Positions 32,490-46,347 of a DNA stretch of 59,795 bases are shown here, in pieces. The DNA lies in contig JAPDFW010000036.1 in assembly GCA_028826165.1 (NCBI GenBank), forward strand, positions 1 through 59,795, given 5' to 3'. The notes beneath the pieces were generated by a model. It was given only the letters and a program-made list of their open reading frames with translations. It made no database searches and was not told where the DNA came from. The DNA is from Anaeramoeba ignava BMAN. Lineage: Eukaryota > Protista > Anaeramoebae. Positions within the stretch are counted from its first letter, which is position 1; the number at the start of each line of letters is the position of its first letter. The position numbers were made by a program, and so were the translations under genes.

Positions 32490-35400
32490 ATGGAAGATAA
32501 AAATTTAAATTCATTTCCTTTTAAAAAAAATAAAACCACAAATTCTAATCAAAATTTCTATCAAAATCCCAATATAAATCAATATAAACAACGTTTAAAT
32601 TTTGATTCACCAAATCAAAATCAATTTTCATTATCAAATTTTGATTCTTATACACATATTTTAATGAATTTATATGAAGAAAGTAAATTTCTTGAAAGAG
32701 AAGCTCTTAAATTTCATTTAAAAATAGAAAATTTCTCACAAAAAATTCAGGATTATTTATCAAGAGCTTTGGAACAAGATTATGAATCACCTCTTCAAAA
32801 ATCTCAAAATTTAAATTCAAGCAATCAAAATTTTACAACTTGTCAAGTTAATTCAAGATATTTTGAACCCAATAATTCAAATCAATTAGAAAATGAAATT
32901 CAATTAGAAAATCTAATTCAATTAGAAAATCAAATACAAAATCCAATTCAATTAGAAAATTCAATTCAAAATCTAATTCAAAATCCAATTCAAAATCCAA
33001 TTCAAAATCCAATTCAAAATTCAATTCAAAATTCAATTCAAAATCCAATTCAAAATCCAATTCAAAATCCAATTCAAAATTCATTTGATTATAGAAATAA
33101 ATTTCAATCTACAGATGCGAATTTGGAACTTAGTGATCAATCAGATTTAGATCTTTTTAATAATCCATATAATGAAGATTCAGATGATTTTTCAAATGAA
33201 ATCAAAAATGAAAATGGAAAAATTCAAAAAATTCAAGAAATTCAAGAACATTTTCAAAATTCAAATGAAATTCCTTCTTATAATCAAAATTCATTTAAAC
33301 AGAATAATATTTCAATTCAAAATCAATCAAATCAATCAAATATCCAAGAGAATTCTTCAAATTTCAATTTTCCAAAAAATGAAGATAAATTTATTGAATT
33401 AAAAGATGAAAAACAAAATCAAAATCCAAGTAATTTTCAAATGAATGAAAAAAATAACGAACAAACAAAAATTGAAAACAATGAAATTGGAATAAATCAA
33501 AATGAAGGACTTAGGGGTCTTGATCTTGGACTTGATCTTGATTTAGATCTTGATTTTGCACAATTTACATCAAATGAAAATCCAAATGAAAATGAAAATC
33601 CAATTCAAAATGAAAATGAAAATCAAAATGAAAATCCAATTCAAAAAGAAACTGAAAAACCTAAATCATTTCAAAATCAAAATGAAAATGAAAAAGAAAC
33701 TGAAAAACCTAAATCATTTCAAAATCAAAAACAAAATGAAAATCAAAATCAAAATTTAAATCAAAATGAAAACTCAAATCATAAAGATAAATCAAAAAAA
33801 ATTGAATTTCCAAAGGAAAAAACATCAAAAAGATCATCAGTAATAAAACATTTATATCCTAAAGAAATACAAGGAACAGATGTTACAGATCCTGAACCAA
33901 TAAACTTTTATTCACAAACTAATTTCCCATGGTCTGAAAGAGTTGATATTGCAAAAGAACATCAATTCGAGATTGAAAAATTTCATCCAAATCAACTTCC
34001 TGCAATTAATGCAGCAATGGATGGACAAAATGTTTTTGTTCTTTTTCCAACTGGAGGAGGTATTTTTATTAAATAATTTTTTATTAAATATATTTATATT
34101 TATATTTATATTTATATTTTTTAAAAAAAGGAAAATCATTATGTTATCAAATTATAGGAATTTGTAAAGATGGAGTTTCTATTATAATTTCACCTTTAAT
34201 TTCATTAATTTATGAGTAAATTATATAAAATATCAAAATCGGAAAAAAAAATTTAAATCGGAAAAAAATTTTAAATTGAAAAAATTTTAAATTCTTTAGT
34301 CAAGTAAAAATCCTTGAATCACTTGAAATTAGAGTAGCCTCACTTGATTCAGATATGAAAAGCGAACAACAAGAACAAGTTTATGCAGGACTTAAAAAAC
34401 AACCAGAACCAGAATTCAAATTTGTATTTGTAACACCAGAAAGAGTAACAAAACAAAGATTTCGTTCAGTATTAAGAAATTTAATGAAAAGAAACATGAT
34501 TTCCCAATTTGTTATTGATGAAGTTCATTGTGTAAGTCAATGGGGTCATGATTTCCGACTTGATTATAAAGAATTGTCACTATTACAAGACGAATTCCCA
34601 AGTGTACCACTTATGCTGATGACAGCAACAGCAACAAAAACAGTTCGAAAAGATATTTACAAAATGTTAAAAATAGAAAAATGTCTTTTTTTTAAAAACA
34701 GTTTGAACCGACCAAATTTAATGTATCTTGTGGAAAAAAAAGAAAAAAACGTGGATGATCAAATTGTGGAATTTTTGCAAGAAAAAAAATTAATGAACCA
34801 AACAGGGATTATTTATTGCTATCGAATAAAAGAATGCGAGGAGTTAACAGAACAATTAAAAGCAAAAAACATCAAATGCGAAACTTATCATGCAAATGCA
34901 AAAGAAAAAACGCAAGTGCAAGAAAAGTGGATGAACGGAACCATCAACATTATCATCGCAACAATAGCCTTTGGGATGGGAATCAACAAAGGAGATGTTC
35001 GCTTTGTGATCCACGCTTCGGTTCCAAAGTCACTTGAAGGCTACTATCAACAGAGCGGTCGGGCTGGACGAGACGGCAAAAAGTCCTTTTGCCTGCTCTT
35101 TTATTCTCGAAAAGACAAAAACACAATTGATAATAAATCAAATCAATCATCAGCTTCGCCTGATCAACTTGCACATTATCGCAATCTTCTCAAGTCAATT
35201 GTGGATTATTGCGAAGATAATCAGACATGCAGAAGGAAGTTGATGCTGGATTATTTCAACGAAAATTTCGACGTCAAAAATTGTGGGAAAACTTGCGATA
35301 ATTGCATTCGAACTGCTAAATCCAAATTCACTGAAACAGATGTCACTCCTCATGTCCAGAAAATTCTCCAAGTAATCAATTCAGTCCCTACTAACGTCCG

Positions 35401-36469
35401 TCAAAGCAGTCTCATCCACATGATTAGAGGCACAGGTCGCAAAGAACTCGAAAGGAGAAGATGCTTTAATGAGGAGCTTTTTGGTTTTGCTAAAGGTGTT
35501 TATACTGAAGATGAAGCAAAAAGACTTGTTGCTATTTTGATCCAAAAATCCGTTCTTGAAGAAACTTATCAAGAAATTCAATCTCAATACAGAAAATTTG
35601 GTGTTTTCCTCGTTCCAAGTAAAAATGCAAATGATGTTATTAATGGAAAGTTAAAAATTAAATTTAATTTCGTTGAAAGAGAAAAAAAACGTAAAAAAGC
35701 TTCTCCAAAAAAAGTGGAATTTGGTGATTTGGATGAACATGTTAAAAAAGCAAAAACAAAATCAAAATCAAAATCAAAACCAAAACCAAAATCAAAATCA
35801 AAATCAAAATCAAAATCAAAATCAAAATCAAAATCAAAATCAAATTCAAATTCAAATTCAAAAAAAAATCCTGATTCTGATTCTGATTCTGATTCTAATT
35901 CTGATCTAAATTCAAACCCAAATTTAATTATTAACCAAATGCAATCAACCCCACAAAATAACCAAATGGATATTTCAAATGGTTATTTAAGAAAAACAAA
36001 AAGTACTTTAATTCCAAGAAAAAAAGCTGATCCAAAATTAATTAATCCAAATTTAAAATCAAATCAAAATCAAAAATCAAATCAAAATCAAAAATCAAAT
36101 CAAAATCAAAAATCAAATCAAAATCAACAAAGAAATATTCAAAAAGAAGAAGAACCAAAAAAAAGATTGAATTTGGATCTTTATCTTTTGGAATCCTTAT
36201 TTGAATTGAGAAGAGAATTGGCAGAAAAAGAACAGAAACCTTTCCATTTTATTGCTCAAAATTCAGTGTTATCAAATTTAGTTCTTAAAAAACCAACTAA
36301 TATTAATGATTTAAAAACAATTCCTGGTTTAGATCATGTAATTATTCGTAAATTTGGAAATGCTTTTATTCAACAAATTAGACAAGCTTTAGGTTTAAAT
36401 CCTTCAACTATTCAATTCCAAAATCAAAAAAATCAAGATACAGAAAATTGCAAATTTGATTTATTTTAA
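32490..36469 (+). CDS. RecQ helicase, BLM/Sgs1-like (long disordered N-terminus, helicase, RQC, HRDC), 3 exons
   Basis: Introns 34060-34130 and 34216-34299 give PTGGGKSLCYQ..ISPLISLIYDQ; DEVHCVSQWGHDFR, ATIAFGMGINK, QQSGRAGRDG, CRR..C..CDNC, HRDC-like C-terminus. Confidence 0.95.
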
Positions 36470-36758
36470 AAATTTAATTCATCAAAAAAAAAGAAAAAAA
36501 ATTTTTTTTTTTCATTCCACTTTTTTTAATCAAATATTTTTTTCATTTTTTAAAAAAGGAATTAATAAAAATTCAAAACTCTCTTTTCCAAAATTCTATT
36601 TATAAATTGTTTTATTTCTTTATTTCTTTCTTTCTTTATTCTTTCAAAAGAAAAAAACAACAATATAACAGAAAAAAAATTTTAAAAGAAATAATAATTA
36701 TAATAATAATAAAAATAATAATAAACTTATTATTTTTTAAGTGAAATCAATCAATCAA

Positions 36759-39700
36759 TCAATAAATCATCCGATTTCTTTGATTTCTATTTCTTTTAAA
36801 TTCAGTAGCTTCAACAATAATTTTTTGGAACAAAAACATATTACGTAAATCAAGAAGGGAAGATTTATCAAGAAACAAATCTTTACCACGACGAATTCCA
36901 ATATCAATTTCATTCCATTTATCTCTATATATTTGTTTAAGAAGAATAAGACCAAAACGAGGATGATAAGAAATAACAGCAGAAGAAAGTTTTCCTTTGA
37001 TACACAAATAAACACTGTGTGCTTTAATATTGTTTGAATGAGAAGAAATATTAAAATAACTTGAATCAAGTGAATTGGATCGCAAATCAAGATCAACAAT
37101 ATCGCCTGTTACTAAACATAATCCTGCATTGTTAGGAAGAGGAAGTCCTTGTGAATTTGTTTTTTGTTCAGATTCCCGCCAAATTGTGCTGAATTTTTTG
37201 GGTAAAGTTGAAAATGTAAACTCAATAGGTGGTGTTAATGTTTCCGTTATTGGCATTTTGTTATCAATCTCTCTATTGAAATTCCCATTCATTTTTGTGA
37301 AATATTCATTCAATGATTTCGGTGGTGATTTTAAAATTTCAAAAATGGATATTTCCAATCCAATAAAATCCTGAAAATCTTTGAAATTATTCAAAGAAAT
37401 GATATTTGCATTTGGTGATTGATTGAGGCATATTGAATTGAATAAAGAAATTGTGCGGAAAAAAGGAATGCATATCAATTCAATTTGCTTGACTAGATCC
37501 TCTTCTTTTGCGATATCAACTGCTTTTTGCATTTTATCTTGATCGCTAATTGATTTGCAATTATTTAAAAGTAATGGATATTTTTGTTGAATTGATTCAT
37601 CAACAGAAATTGAGTAAATTATTATTTGATATAAAAGTGGATAAAAAAATAATTTGCTGAGTTCAATAAAACATTTTGATTCTTCAATTTCGTTATTGAA
37701 TAAAATGCTCAAAACAATGAAATAAAACACAATATCTCCTGATAAAAGAGATTCTGAATCAACATCAAAAGAAACTCCTTCGAATATAAATTTCCATATT
37801 TTATTTTTGAGTTCTTGTTGGAATTTCATTCCGTAATTGGTTTCCTTACTCAAAACAACACAAATTCTGTAAATACTTTGTAATTGAAATTTTTGGGTTT
37901 CATCCAATGATTGATTTTCTTGATTTCTTGTTGAAATTTCAAATATCGAAAGTGTGTTAGAAAGTAATTCACAAGCCAAACAAAATCCCTTTTCGGTTGC
38001 ATAACTTGGCTCAAGATTGCTATCGTCTGATAAGCAAAAGTCTAAATTTCGGATAAAAGTATCTATTGAATCTCGAATACTATCAGGTATATTTTCTAAT
38101 ATTGTTGTTTGTCGTGGTTTTTTTTGATTTTCTTCAAAAAATTTGATTGTTTCCTCAAAAAAATTTATTGTTGTTTGTTTTTTCTTTTCAATAGATATTT
38201 TTCTGTAATTTTTTTGTATTTTTTGAAGTGGAGCATTTGATTCCAATTTAATAGAATTATCGGTTTTTTTGAAAAGAAATGGTTTTTTTTGCTTTCGGGA
38301 TTCTTCTTTGTGAGATAATGGTGGTAATTTTGGAATATTTTGAGGAATTGATTTAAAATTTTCAACAATATCCATATTTGTATTTGTATCCATATTTGAT
38401 TTTGATTTTGATTTTGAATTTAAATTTAAATTTAAATCTTTCATAATATTTGATTTTGCTTTTTGTTTTTTTTGTTTTCGAATTCGATTTCGATTTGAAG
38501 ATTTTTTTATATTTGAATTGAAATTTGAATTCTTCATTAGACTTCTTTTTTGGGGTGAATTTGAAAAGATGCTTTGATTTGAAAAGATACTTTGATTTTG
38601 ATTTTGATTTTGATTTTGATTTTGATTTTGATTTTGATTTTGATTTTGATTTTGATTTTGATTTTGATTTTGATTTTGATTTTGATTTTGATTTTGATTT
38701 TGATTTTGATTTGAAAATATACTTGAAGAGATTTGTGAATTTGGAAACATATTTGGAATTTGCTTTGGAATTAGATTTAGATTTTGAATTTGATTTTGAT
38801 TTTGATTTTGATTTAGATTTTGATTTTGGTTTTGATTTAGATTTTGATTTTGATTTAGATTTTGATTATTATTTATGTCTTTAGGTTTAAAAATATAACT
38901 GGGAATTATGGGTAAAAGAGTATTTGCAACTGAACGATCCATTGGACAAAGAAATTGATTTTTTGCCAAATTAATTAAATCCATTCCATCAAAAGCAAGA
39001 CGTCTCATCTGATTTGAAATTAAAGAAGAAATATAACCTTGATAACATTCAATATGCATAAGATGCCCACAACTAATTAAATATAAACGACTTCTTGTGT
39101 TTGAATAATTGAACGATGTTCCACGCTTTTGGGAAATAAATTTATGTGAAACAATATCATGAATATTTGATAAATGGATATAACAAACAAGACCCAAAGG
39201 TCGAGAATCATTATATGGTTGGTCATCTTTGCAAAGAGAGCAACGGAGATGAATGATTTTCTCATCATAACTAAGTTGGGATATGGAATGATCAAACACA
39301 GTCCATGTTGAGATGTTATTTTTATCACCAACTAATTTCAATTTTTGTGTGACTTCATGTTCAACATCCATTTCCATGAATTCATTAGAATGTTTTTGTG
39401 TAAATTGCTTCATTTTCAAGCGGTTTTGAGTCAATATCATTCGTTGTTTTTCTTCAATTTTTCGTTTGCGTTTTTCTTCTTCTTCTTTCATAATTTGTTT
39501 ATTATCAAGAAATTGTGGAAGTTGTTTTTGGATAATTGATTTGCATTCGAGAGATTTACTCTGGAAAATTTTCAAAATTTCAGAAACTAAAATCTCATTT
39601 TCTTTGTTGAGTTGGAGTTTGTACAAGTTGATAAGCAAAGAAATAAAAGTGATTTTTCCTTTTGGAGTTTCAACTGGAAAAATTGAGTTGCGGAATAAAT

Positions 39701-42700
39701 CATTATATGTGGGAAATCTGATGTTATTTGGAACAATGATGCTGTTTTTTTTGAATAGGGAATCGTTTTTTTCATTTTTTAAATGCTCTTTTTCATTGTC
39801 TTTGTTTTGATCTTTGGAATTCTGAATATTTTTATCACTATTCCCCATAAAAGAGTTCTCAATAGTTAGTGAAAATCTAATCAAATGAAGTGCATAATTG
39901 AGTAATTCTTCAGAAAATGATTTGTTTTGTTCAACACTATTATAAAGAACAGTGAAAAGAATTTGGTGCATTAAGTGATTGTGTAAAATTTTCGGAAGAT
40001 TCTGGAAAGATGGATGAGTTGGAGTGTAACGAGGACTTGGATATATTTCAGGAATTTTGGAAGTGGAAAAACGAGCGTTGTGAAGTTTAATAAAATCCAT
40101 GTAATTTTCTTCAGCTTTTTGGGATACTTTTTGTGTAAAATGAGGGAAATATTGACCTTCAAATTCTTTCCAAAATTCTGGTTTAAGAGAAAATGTATGT
40201 TGTTTTTCATTGAAAAATGCGACTTCTTGAAGAATAGATTCGAATTCTTGATCCGAAAAGATATCTTCATCAATAATTTTGTGGAGATTGCTGTGTGATT
40301 GTGGATAATAGCATAATTGGTGGATGATTTCACGCCTCAAAATTGCGCGACTATTAAGAACACCAGAATTGGCTCTTTCAATCAAGATTATGATGAGCAG
40401 TTTAAGAAAATCACCAGCCATTAAAGTTTGAAGCTCAATATTTGCGTTTTTTTTGCTTTTATTTGAGCCAAAATTCCAGAAATTATCAAGTTGAAAAGCA
40501 TCAAGAATGGATAACAACAATTTTTGTGGATCCATTACAACAGCTGCAATTTGGAGAAGAGATATATCTTTGTCAATAAAATGCATGTAGTATTTGGGAT
40601 GGCGATGCATGTCCATTTGTTTTTGCACAGAAGAACCATTTCTGACCCAAAAATTATGAGAAATTTGGGAAAAAACAGCCTGTAATCTGATGACATGAAT
40701 CACAAGAAGAATGAAGGTGTCTAAATATTGTTCGGAATAAATGGATGTTTCTTGGAAAAGACTTGGAAACGTAAGATCCCATTGTTTAACTGCAGAAATG
40801 GCGAATGTAGCCAATATTCTTTGCAGGGGATAATGCATCGAAATGGGTTGTGTTGAAATATCATATGAATATATTTGGTATTGAATCCTTTCTCGCGGGG
40901 AATCTAATGATTGAGGCACACAAACAACGCATTGGTGCAAATCATTATAAACAGCATTATTATCAATAATCCATTCAATATTTGTTGAGATGATTGTTTT
41001 GAAAATATTTGATATTTTGCTCATTAATGTTTCTGTAAGTTGACCACGTTTTGTTGCTTCATCAAATTTTACTGGTGGTGTGAAGATATTCTCGCCACAA
41101 AGAAATCCTTTATTGAGTAAAGAAACCAGTGAATTGTGATAAAATGCAAGATGAAATGCATTTTCCCAGAGCATATCTTCATAGGCTACATGCGATGATG
41201 TTTCGCGCTTGATCATATGCATTCCTTCTAAACATACAAAAAATTGAAGGAATTTTTCAAAAAGGTTTTGTTTTTTCATCATCACAAATTGCGAGGAATA
41301 ATAATCACGAAGTGCATATTTAAGATCAATAATAATAAACCAAATTTTTTTGGATGTAATAATGGGGTGACGAAGATTAATATTTTTCAAATGTGAATCG
41401 GCAAGATTGAATATTTGAGAATTGATCAAATGTGGAAGAGAATTTGCATCAATTGAATTTGGATTTGGATTATTTTCATCGAAAGTAAATGAAATCGAAT
41501 TGTTTCCTTCCAAATTATGACCAGTTAATTGATCACTATCTTCTTGATTTTCTCCTTCAACTGAGTTTTCTTCAAATTCAATTTCTCTTCCGTTATTTCT
41601 ATTTAATGGCGTGCAAATTTCATCAAGTATTTCAGTCATTGTTTCAAACAATATATCAATAAAATTATATTTTTCACAAAATTCAGGAGAAAATTTTGGA
41701 ACATTGAATAATTGAACAGAAAATTGAGAAAAATCTTTCTCGAGAGGATGAAGTGCTATTTTGTGCATTTTTCTGTGAAACATTACTTGATATATTTTAA
41801 TATAGGATTTGAAAAACTCTTTTTTAAAAGAAATATCTGATATGGCTTTATACCAGAAGGAAATGAGTGCTTGGAAAATGGGTCCTTCTTCAAGATATGA
41901 TAAACGCATTAAAAATTCAAGTACACTCATTTCATTTCCAGAATCAATGAATTTTGAAGAAGCAGATTGTTGAACAAATTCAATACTTGTTAGTCTTCTA
42001 AGTCCATTATCAAAGCTAATAAAATTCTGTAACCATTTAAGCAAAACAATAATTTCGTGACGATTTTTATGGAATTCAGAAGAACTAACATTATCAAACA
42101 GAGTATATTCATCAATAGAAAATTGATTTAAATCATTTTGATTCAAATCATTTTGAAATTGATTTTGATTTAAATCATTTTGAAATTGATTTTGATTTAA
42201 ATCATTTTGAAATTGATTTTGATTTAGATTTTGATTTAGATTTTGATTTTGATTTAAATCATTTTGAAATTGATTTTGATTTTGTAATTGATTTTGATTT
42301 TGATTTTGATTTTGATTTTGATTTTGATTTAAATCATTTTGAAATTGATTTTGATTTTGATTTTGTAAATGATTTTGATTTTGATTTTGATTTTGATTTT
42401 GATTTTGATTTTGTAAATTTAAATTTTGATAAGATGAAAAATCAACAAAATGACTCATCTCAATCAAACGTTTATAAAAAAGATTAATTAAAAATCCAAG
42501 AACACTACGAATAATAAAAGGAGCACGAACTTTAAGGCGATTATCAAGGAGATTTTCAGGATTTTCAGGTAAACCTTTATGAAAATGACAAAAACCTGAA
42601 TGTCTCCAAGATTGATCATCACCACAATCACACATACCCAGTCCGCCCTTTACACAATAATAGTCATGACCCTCATGATTGCCTGCCAAAAAGCACTTTA

Positions 42701-43099
42701 CGCATATGGCACTTGTGGGATGCAATCCGCATGTCCTGCATTTGTAACAAATTTCACCTTCTTTCCATGATTCCCCACAAATTCCTGTGTTTTTGGCACA
42801 CTTCCTCCGTAATTCTGCTATATATTCTTCAGGTTCTTCTCCTCCACTCAATATCCAATTTAGCCACTCTGTTAATTCTTCTATCTCGTTTTGCTCTCTT
42901 TGTTGCGCAATTAATTTTTCGATAAATTCGCTGATAAATTCCGGCGACTATCAATTTCCCAAAAAAAAAATCATAGTTTGGTTATTTTTGTTTTGGTTTG
43001 TTTTTTGTTTGTTTTTTTGGTTCTGACTTGGCTAAGTGAATATGCCGTTTCTTTTTTTGTTTTAGATATTTTTGGAATTTTTGAAAATTCTTCTTCCAT
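36759..43099 (-). CDS. UBR-box/RING E3 ubiquitin ligase (UBR1-3/PRT6 family), 2 exons
   Basis: ATG 43099, intron 42948-43027; UBR box CGESW..CRTC..CVKCF..HEGH..CDCGD..FC.FH; FWVRNG; RREIIHQL; split RING CSLC..CGHLMHIEC..CPMD; DIGIRRG. Confidence 0.92.
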
Positions 43100-43577
43100 T
43101 TTGTTTTTGTTTTTGTTTAAAATTCGGTTTTTTTTCTCTTTTGTTATTTTATTTTTATATAATTAATTTTTATTTTTTTAATCTATTGAATAAAAAGATA
43201 AAAGTGGAGAACAAATTTTTAAATAAAAAAGTTGTCAAAAAAATAAATAGGAATGAAAAATGAAAAAGAAAAAAAAAATGAAAAAAAATAAAAAAAAAAT
43301 AAAAAAAAAAAGTTGAATAAAGTGAGAATTTTTACAAATTTAAAAAGAAAATAATCAATAAAATAGATTTAAAATTTAATCAACCTAAATTAATTTAAAT
43401 TAAAAATTGATTTTAGAACAATTTTTAGCTTTCTCCTTTTTATAATCTTTTCTCCTTTTTAATAAAAAAAAAAATTAAAATTTGAAAATTGAAATTTCAT
43501 TTTTTTCTTTTTTTTTTAATTTAATTTTTTTATTTTTCTTTTTTTCTTTTTTTTCTTTTTGATAATTAATTTGAAAA

Positions 43578-46177
43578 ATGACAAAAAATATTAAAAAAAA
43601 TCCTAAATCAATTTTTATTACTTTTAATCAAACAAATGATTTATTTTGTTGTGGTCTTCATAATGGTTTTAAAATTATTAATTGTGATCCATTTGAAGAA
43701 AAATTAAATCGAAGTTTGTGTTTTATTTTATTATTTTATTATTAAATTATTTATTAAAATTAAATTTGGAAAAAAAAACAAAAAATAAAAAACAAAAATT
43801 TTTTTTTCCATTTTTAAATAATTTCCTTTTAAATTTATTCCAAAAATAAAAAAATAAAAAAAGCTTTTCAAGAAACTGGAATTTCAAAAATTGAAATTTT
43901 AAATCGTTCAAATGTTATGGTTTTTGTTGGAGATGGAACATCAACAAATTTTCCATTAACAAAGGTTTTTAATCAAATTTACATTTCAAAATCAATTCAA
44001 AAATTTAAAATGAATTAGAAAATCAAAATGAAAATGAAAATGAAAATGAAAATCAATTAGAAAATGAAAATGAAAATGAAAATTAAAATGAAAATCAATT
44101 AGAAAATGAAAATTAAAATCAATTTGAAAATGAAAATTTAAATTCAAATTCAAATTGAAATTTAAAATGAAAATGAAAATGAAAATGAAAATTAAAATTA
44201 AAATTAAAATTAAAATCAATTAGAAAATTAAAATCAATTCGAAAATGAAAATGAAAATCAATTTGAAAATGAAAATTAAAATGAAAATGAAAATTAAAAT
44301 GAAAATGAAAATCAAAATGAAAATGAAAATGAAAATGAAAATGAAAATGAAAATGAAAATCAATTAGAAAATTCAAATGAAAATTAAAATGAAAATGAAA
44401 TTGAAAATGAAAATGAAAATGAAAATGAAAATGAAAATGAAAATGAAAATGAAAATGAAAATGAAAATGAAAATGAAAATGAAAATGAAAATGAAAATGA
44501 AAATTAAAATGAAAATTAAAATGAAAATTAAAATTAAAATCAATTTGAAAAATCAATTTGAAAATTCAAATTCAAATTAAAATGAAAATGAGAATGAAAA
44601 TCAAAATGAAAATCAATATTAAAATGAAAATGAATTAGAAAATGAAAATGAAAATGAAAATGAAAATGAAAATGAAATTGAAATTGAAAATGAAAATGAA
44701 AATAAAAATGAAAATTAAAATGAAAATTAAAATTCAAATTCAAATTCAAATTCAAATTCAAATTAAAATCAAAATCAAATTAATTTTAAATTTCAAATAT
44801 TAAAAATAAAAAAAGGTTTTTCTTTGGGATGATTATGTTTACAAATGCATTTTAAAATTAGAACATGATGAAGATGTTCTTGGAGTTAAAATTAATTTAG
44901 AATATATATTTACTGTTACAAAAATAAAGCATATATTCATAATTCAAAAACAGGAAGAACAGTTCATACAATTGAAACATATCCAAATCTAAAAGGGATT
45001 AAATTTAGTATTTGTTCAGATACATTTATTGAACAGTTATTAAATTCCTGGTTTAAAAAGGAAGTGTTCGTGTTAGAAATTTTTCACAAGATAATGAATT
45101 TGATCAAGAAATTATGTAAAATTAAAATTATATTATATTATATTTTCAATATTTAAAAATATTCCAAATTAAAATATTATTATTTAAAATATTAAATTTC
45201 AAAACATTAATAAACAAAAATTGAACAAAATTCAATTAAATAAAGATGGTTAATAAATAAAATATTCCAAATCAAATATTTAAAAATATTCAAATCAAAT
45301 ATTTAATAAATAAAATATTTAATAAATCAAATATTCCAAATTAAATATTTAATAAATATTCCAAATTAAATATTTAATAAATAAAATATAATAAATAAAA
45401 TATTCCAAATCAAATAATTAATAAAATATTCCAAATCAAATATTTATAAATATTCCAAATTAAATATTTATAAATATTCCAAATTAAATATTTATAAATA
45501 TTCCAAATTAAATATTTAAAAATATTCAATAATATTTAATAATATTTAAAAATATTTAAAAAATATTTAATAATATTTATAAATATTTAATAAATAAAAG
45601 GGAACTTTAATTAGAGTTATTGAATCTCAAACAGGAAAAGAAATTAAACAATTTAGAAGAGGTGCAAAAAAAGCTAAAATATATTCACTTGCATTTGATG
45701 AAAATTCAGAATTTCTTGCTGCAACTTCTTCTTCAGGAACAATTCATATTTTTAGATTAACTCCTAAAAAAGAAAAAAAACAAAGCGAAAAGAAAAATAA
45801 GTTTGTGATAAAAAAAATTTAATTTTAATTTTAATTTTAATTAAATTTTTTAATAATAAAAAAAGACGAGGAGAAACAGGAACTGAAAGAAGTGTTATGA
45901 AAACTAAAATTCCTAATAAAGAATATTGTGTTTGTGGTTTTGATAAAAGTTCAAATCTTTTTGGTAAAAAAATTTTATTTTTTTTTTATTTTATATTTTT
46001 TTGTTCCACTTTTTTTTAATTAAATTTTTTTTATTTTAAATTTAAATTTTAGTTGTTACAATTGATGGATCTTTTTATAAATTTTATGTTGACAAAGCTA
46101 ATCGACAAATTAAACAAGTTAAGGAAATGTATAAACAATTTTTAAATATTCATGATGAAAAAGAAAAAGAGAAATAA
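43578..46177 (+). CDS. PROPPIN (WIPI3/4, ATG18/Hsv2-like WD40), multi-exon, with indels (absent from the ORF track)
   Basis: FNQTNDLFCCGLHNGFKIINCDPF; VFLWDD; GTLIRVIESQTGKEIKQFRRG..LAATSSSGTIHIFRL at 45601-45760; central exons garbled. Confidence 0.85.
43965..44815. repeat. Intronic (GAAAAT)n / CAATTAGAAAAT satellite
   Basis: PROPPIN intron 2. Confidence 0.9.
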
Positions 46178-46347
46178 ATTCATTCAAAAATTTCTAAAAA
46201 TTCCAAAAAAAAAAAAAAAGAAAAATATAATTTCAATTTCAAATTCAATTCAATTCTTTTAATTCATTTTCTTTTTTTTTTCTTCTTTTAATTTTAATTC
46301 AAAAAAAAAAAAGAAATAATTAAAATTTAAATTAAAAAAAATTTCAA

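Noticed and set aside
18007-44761. ORF-track entries made of IK/IL/FN/YI/FH/MK dipeptides
   Set aside because: These are translations of intronic microsatellites or alternate frames and antisense of QN tracts, not genes.
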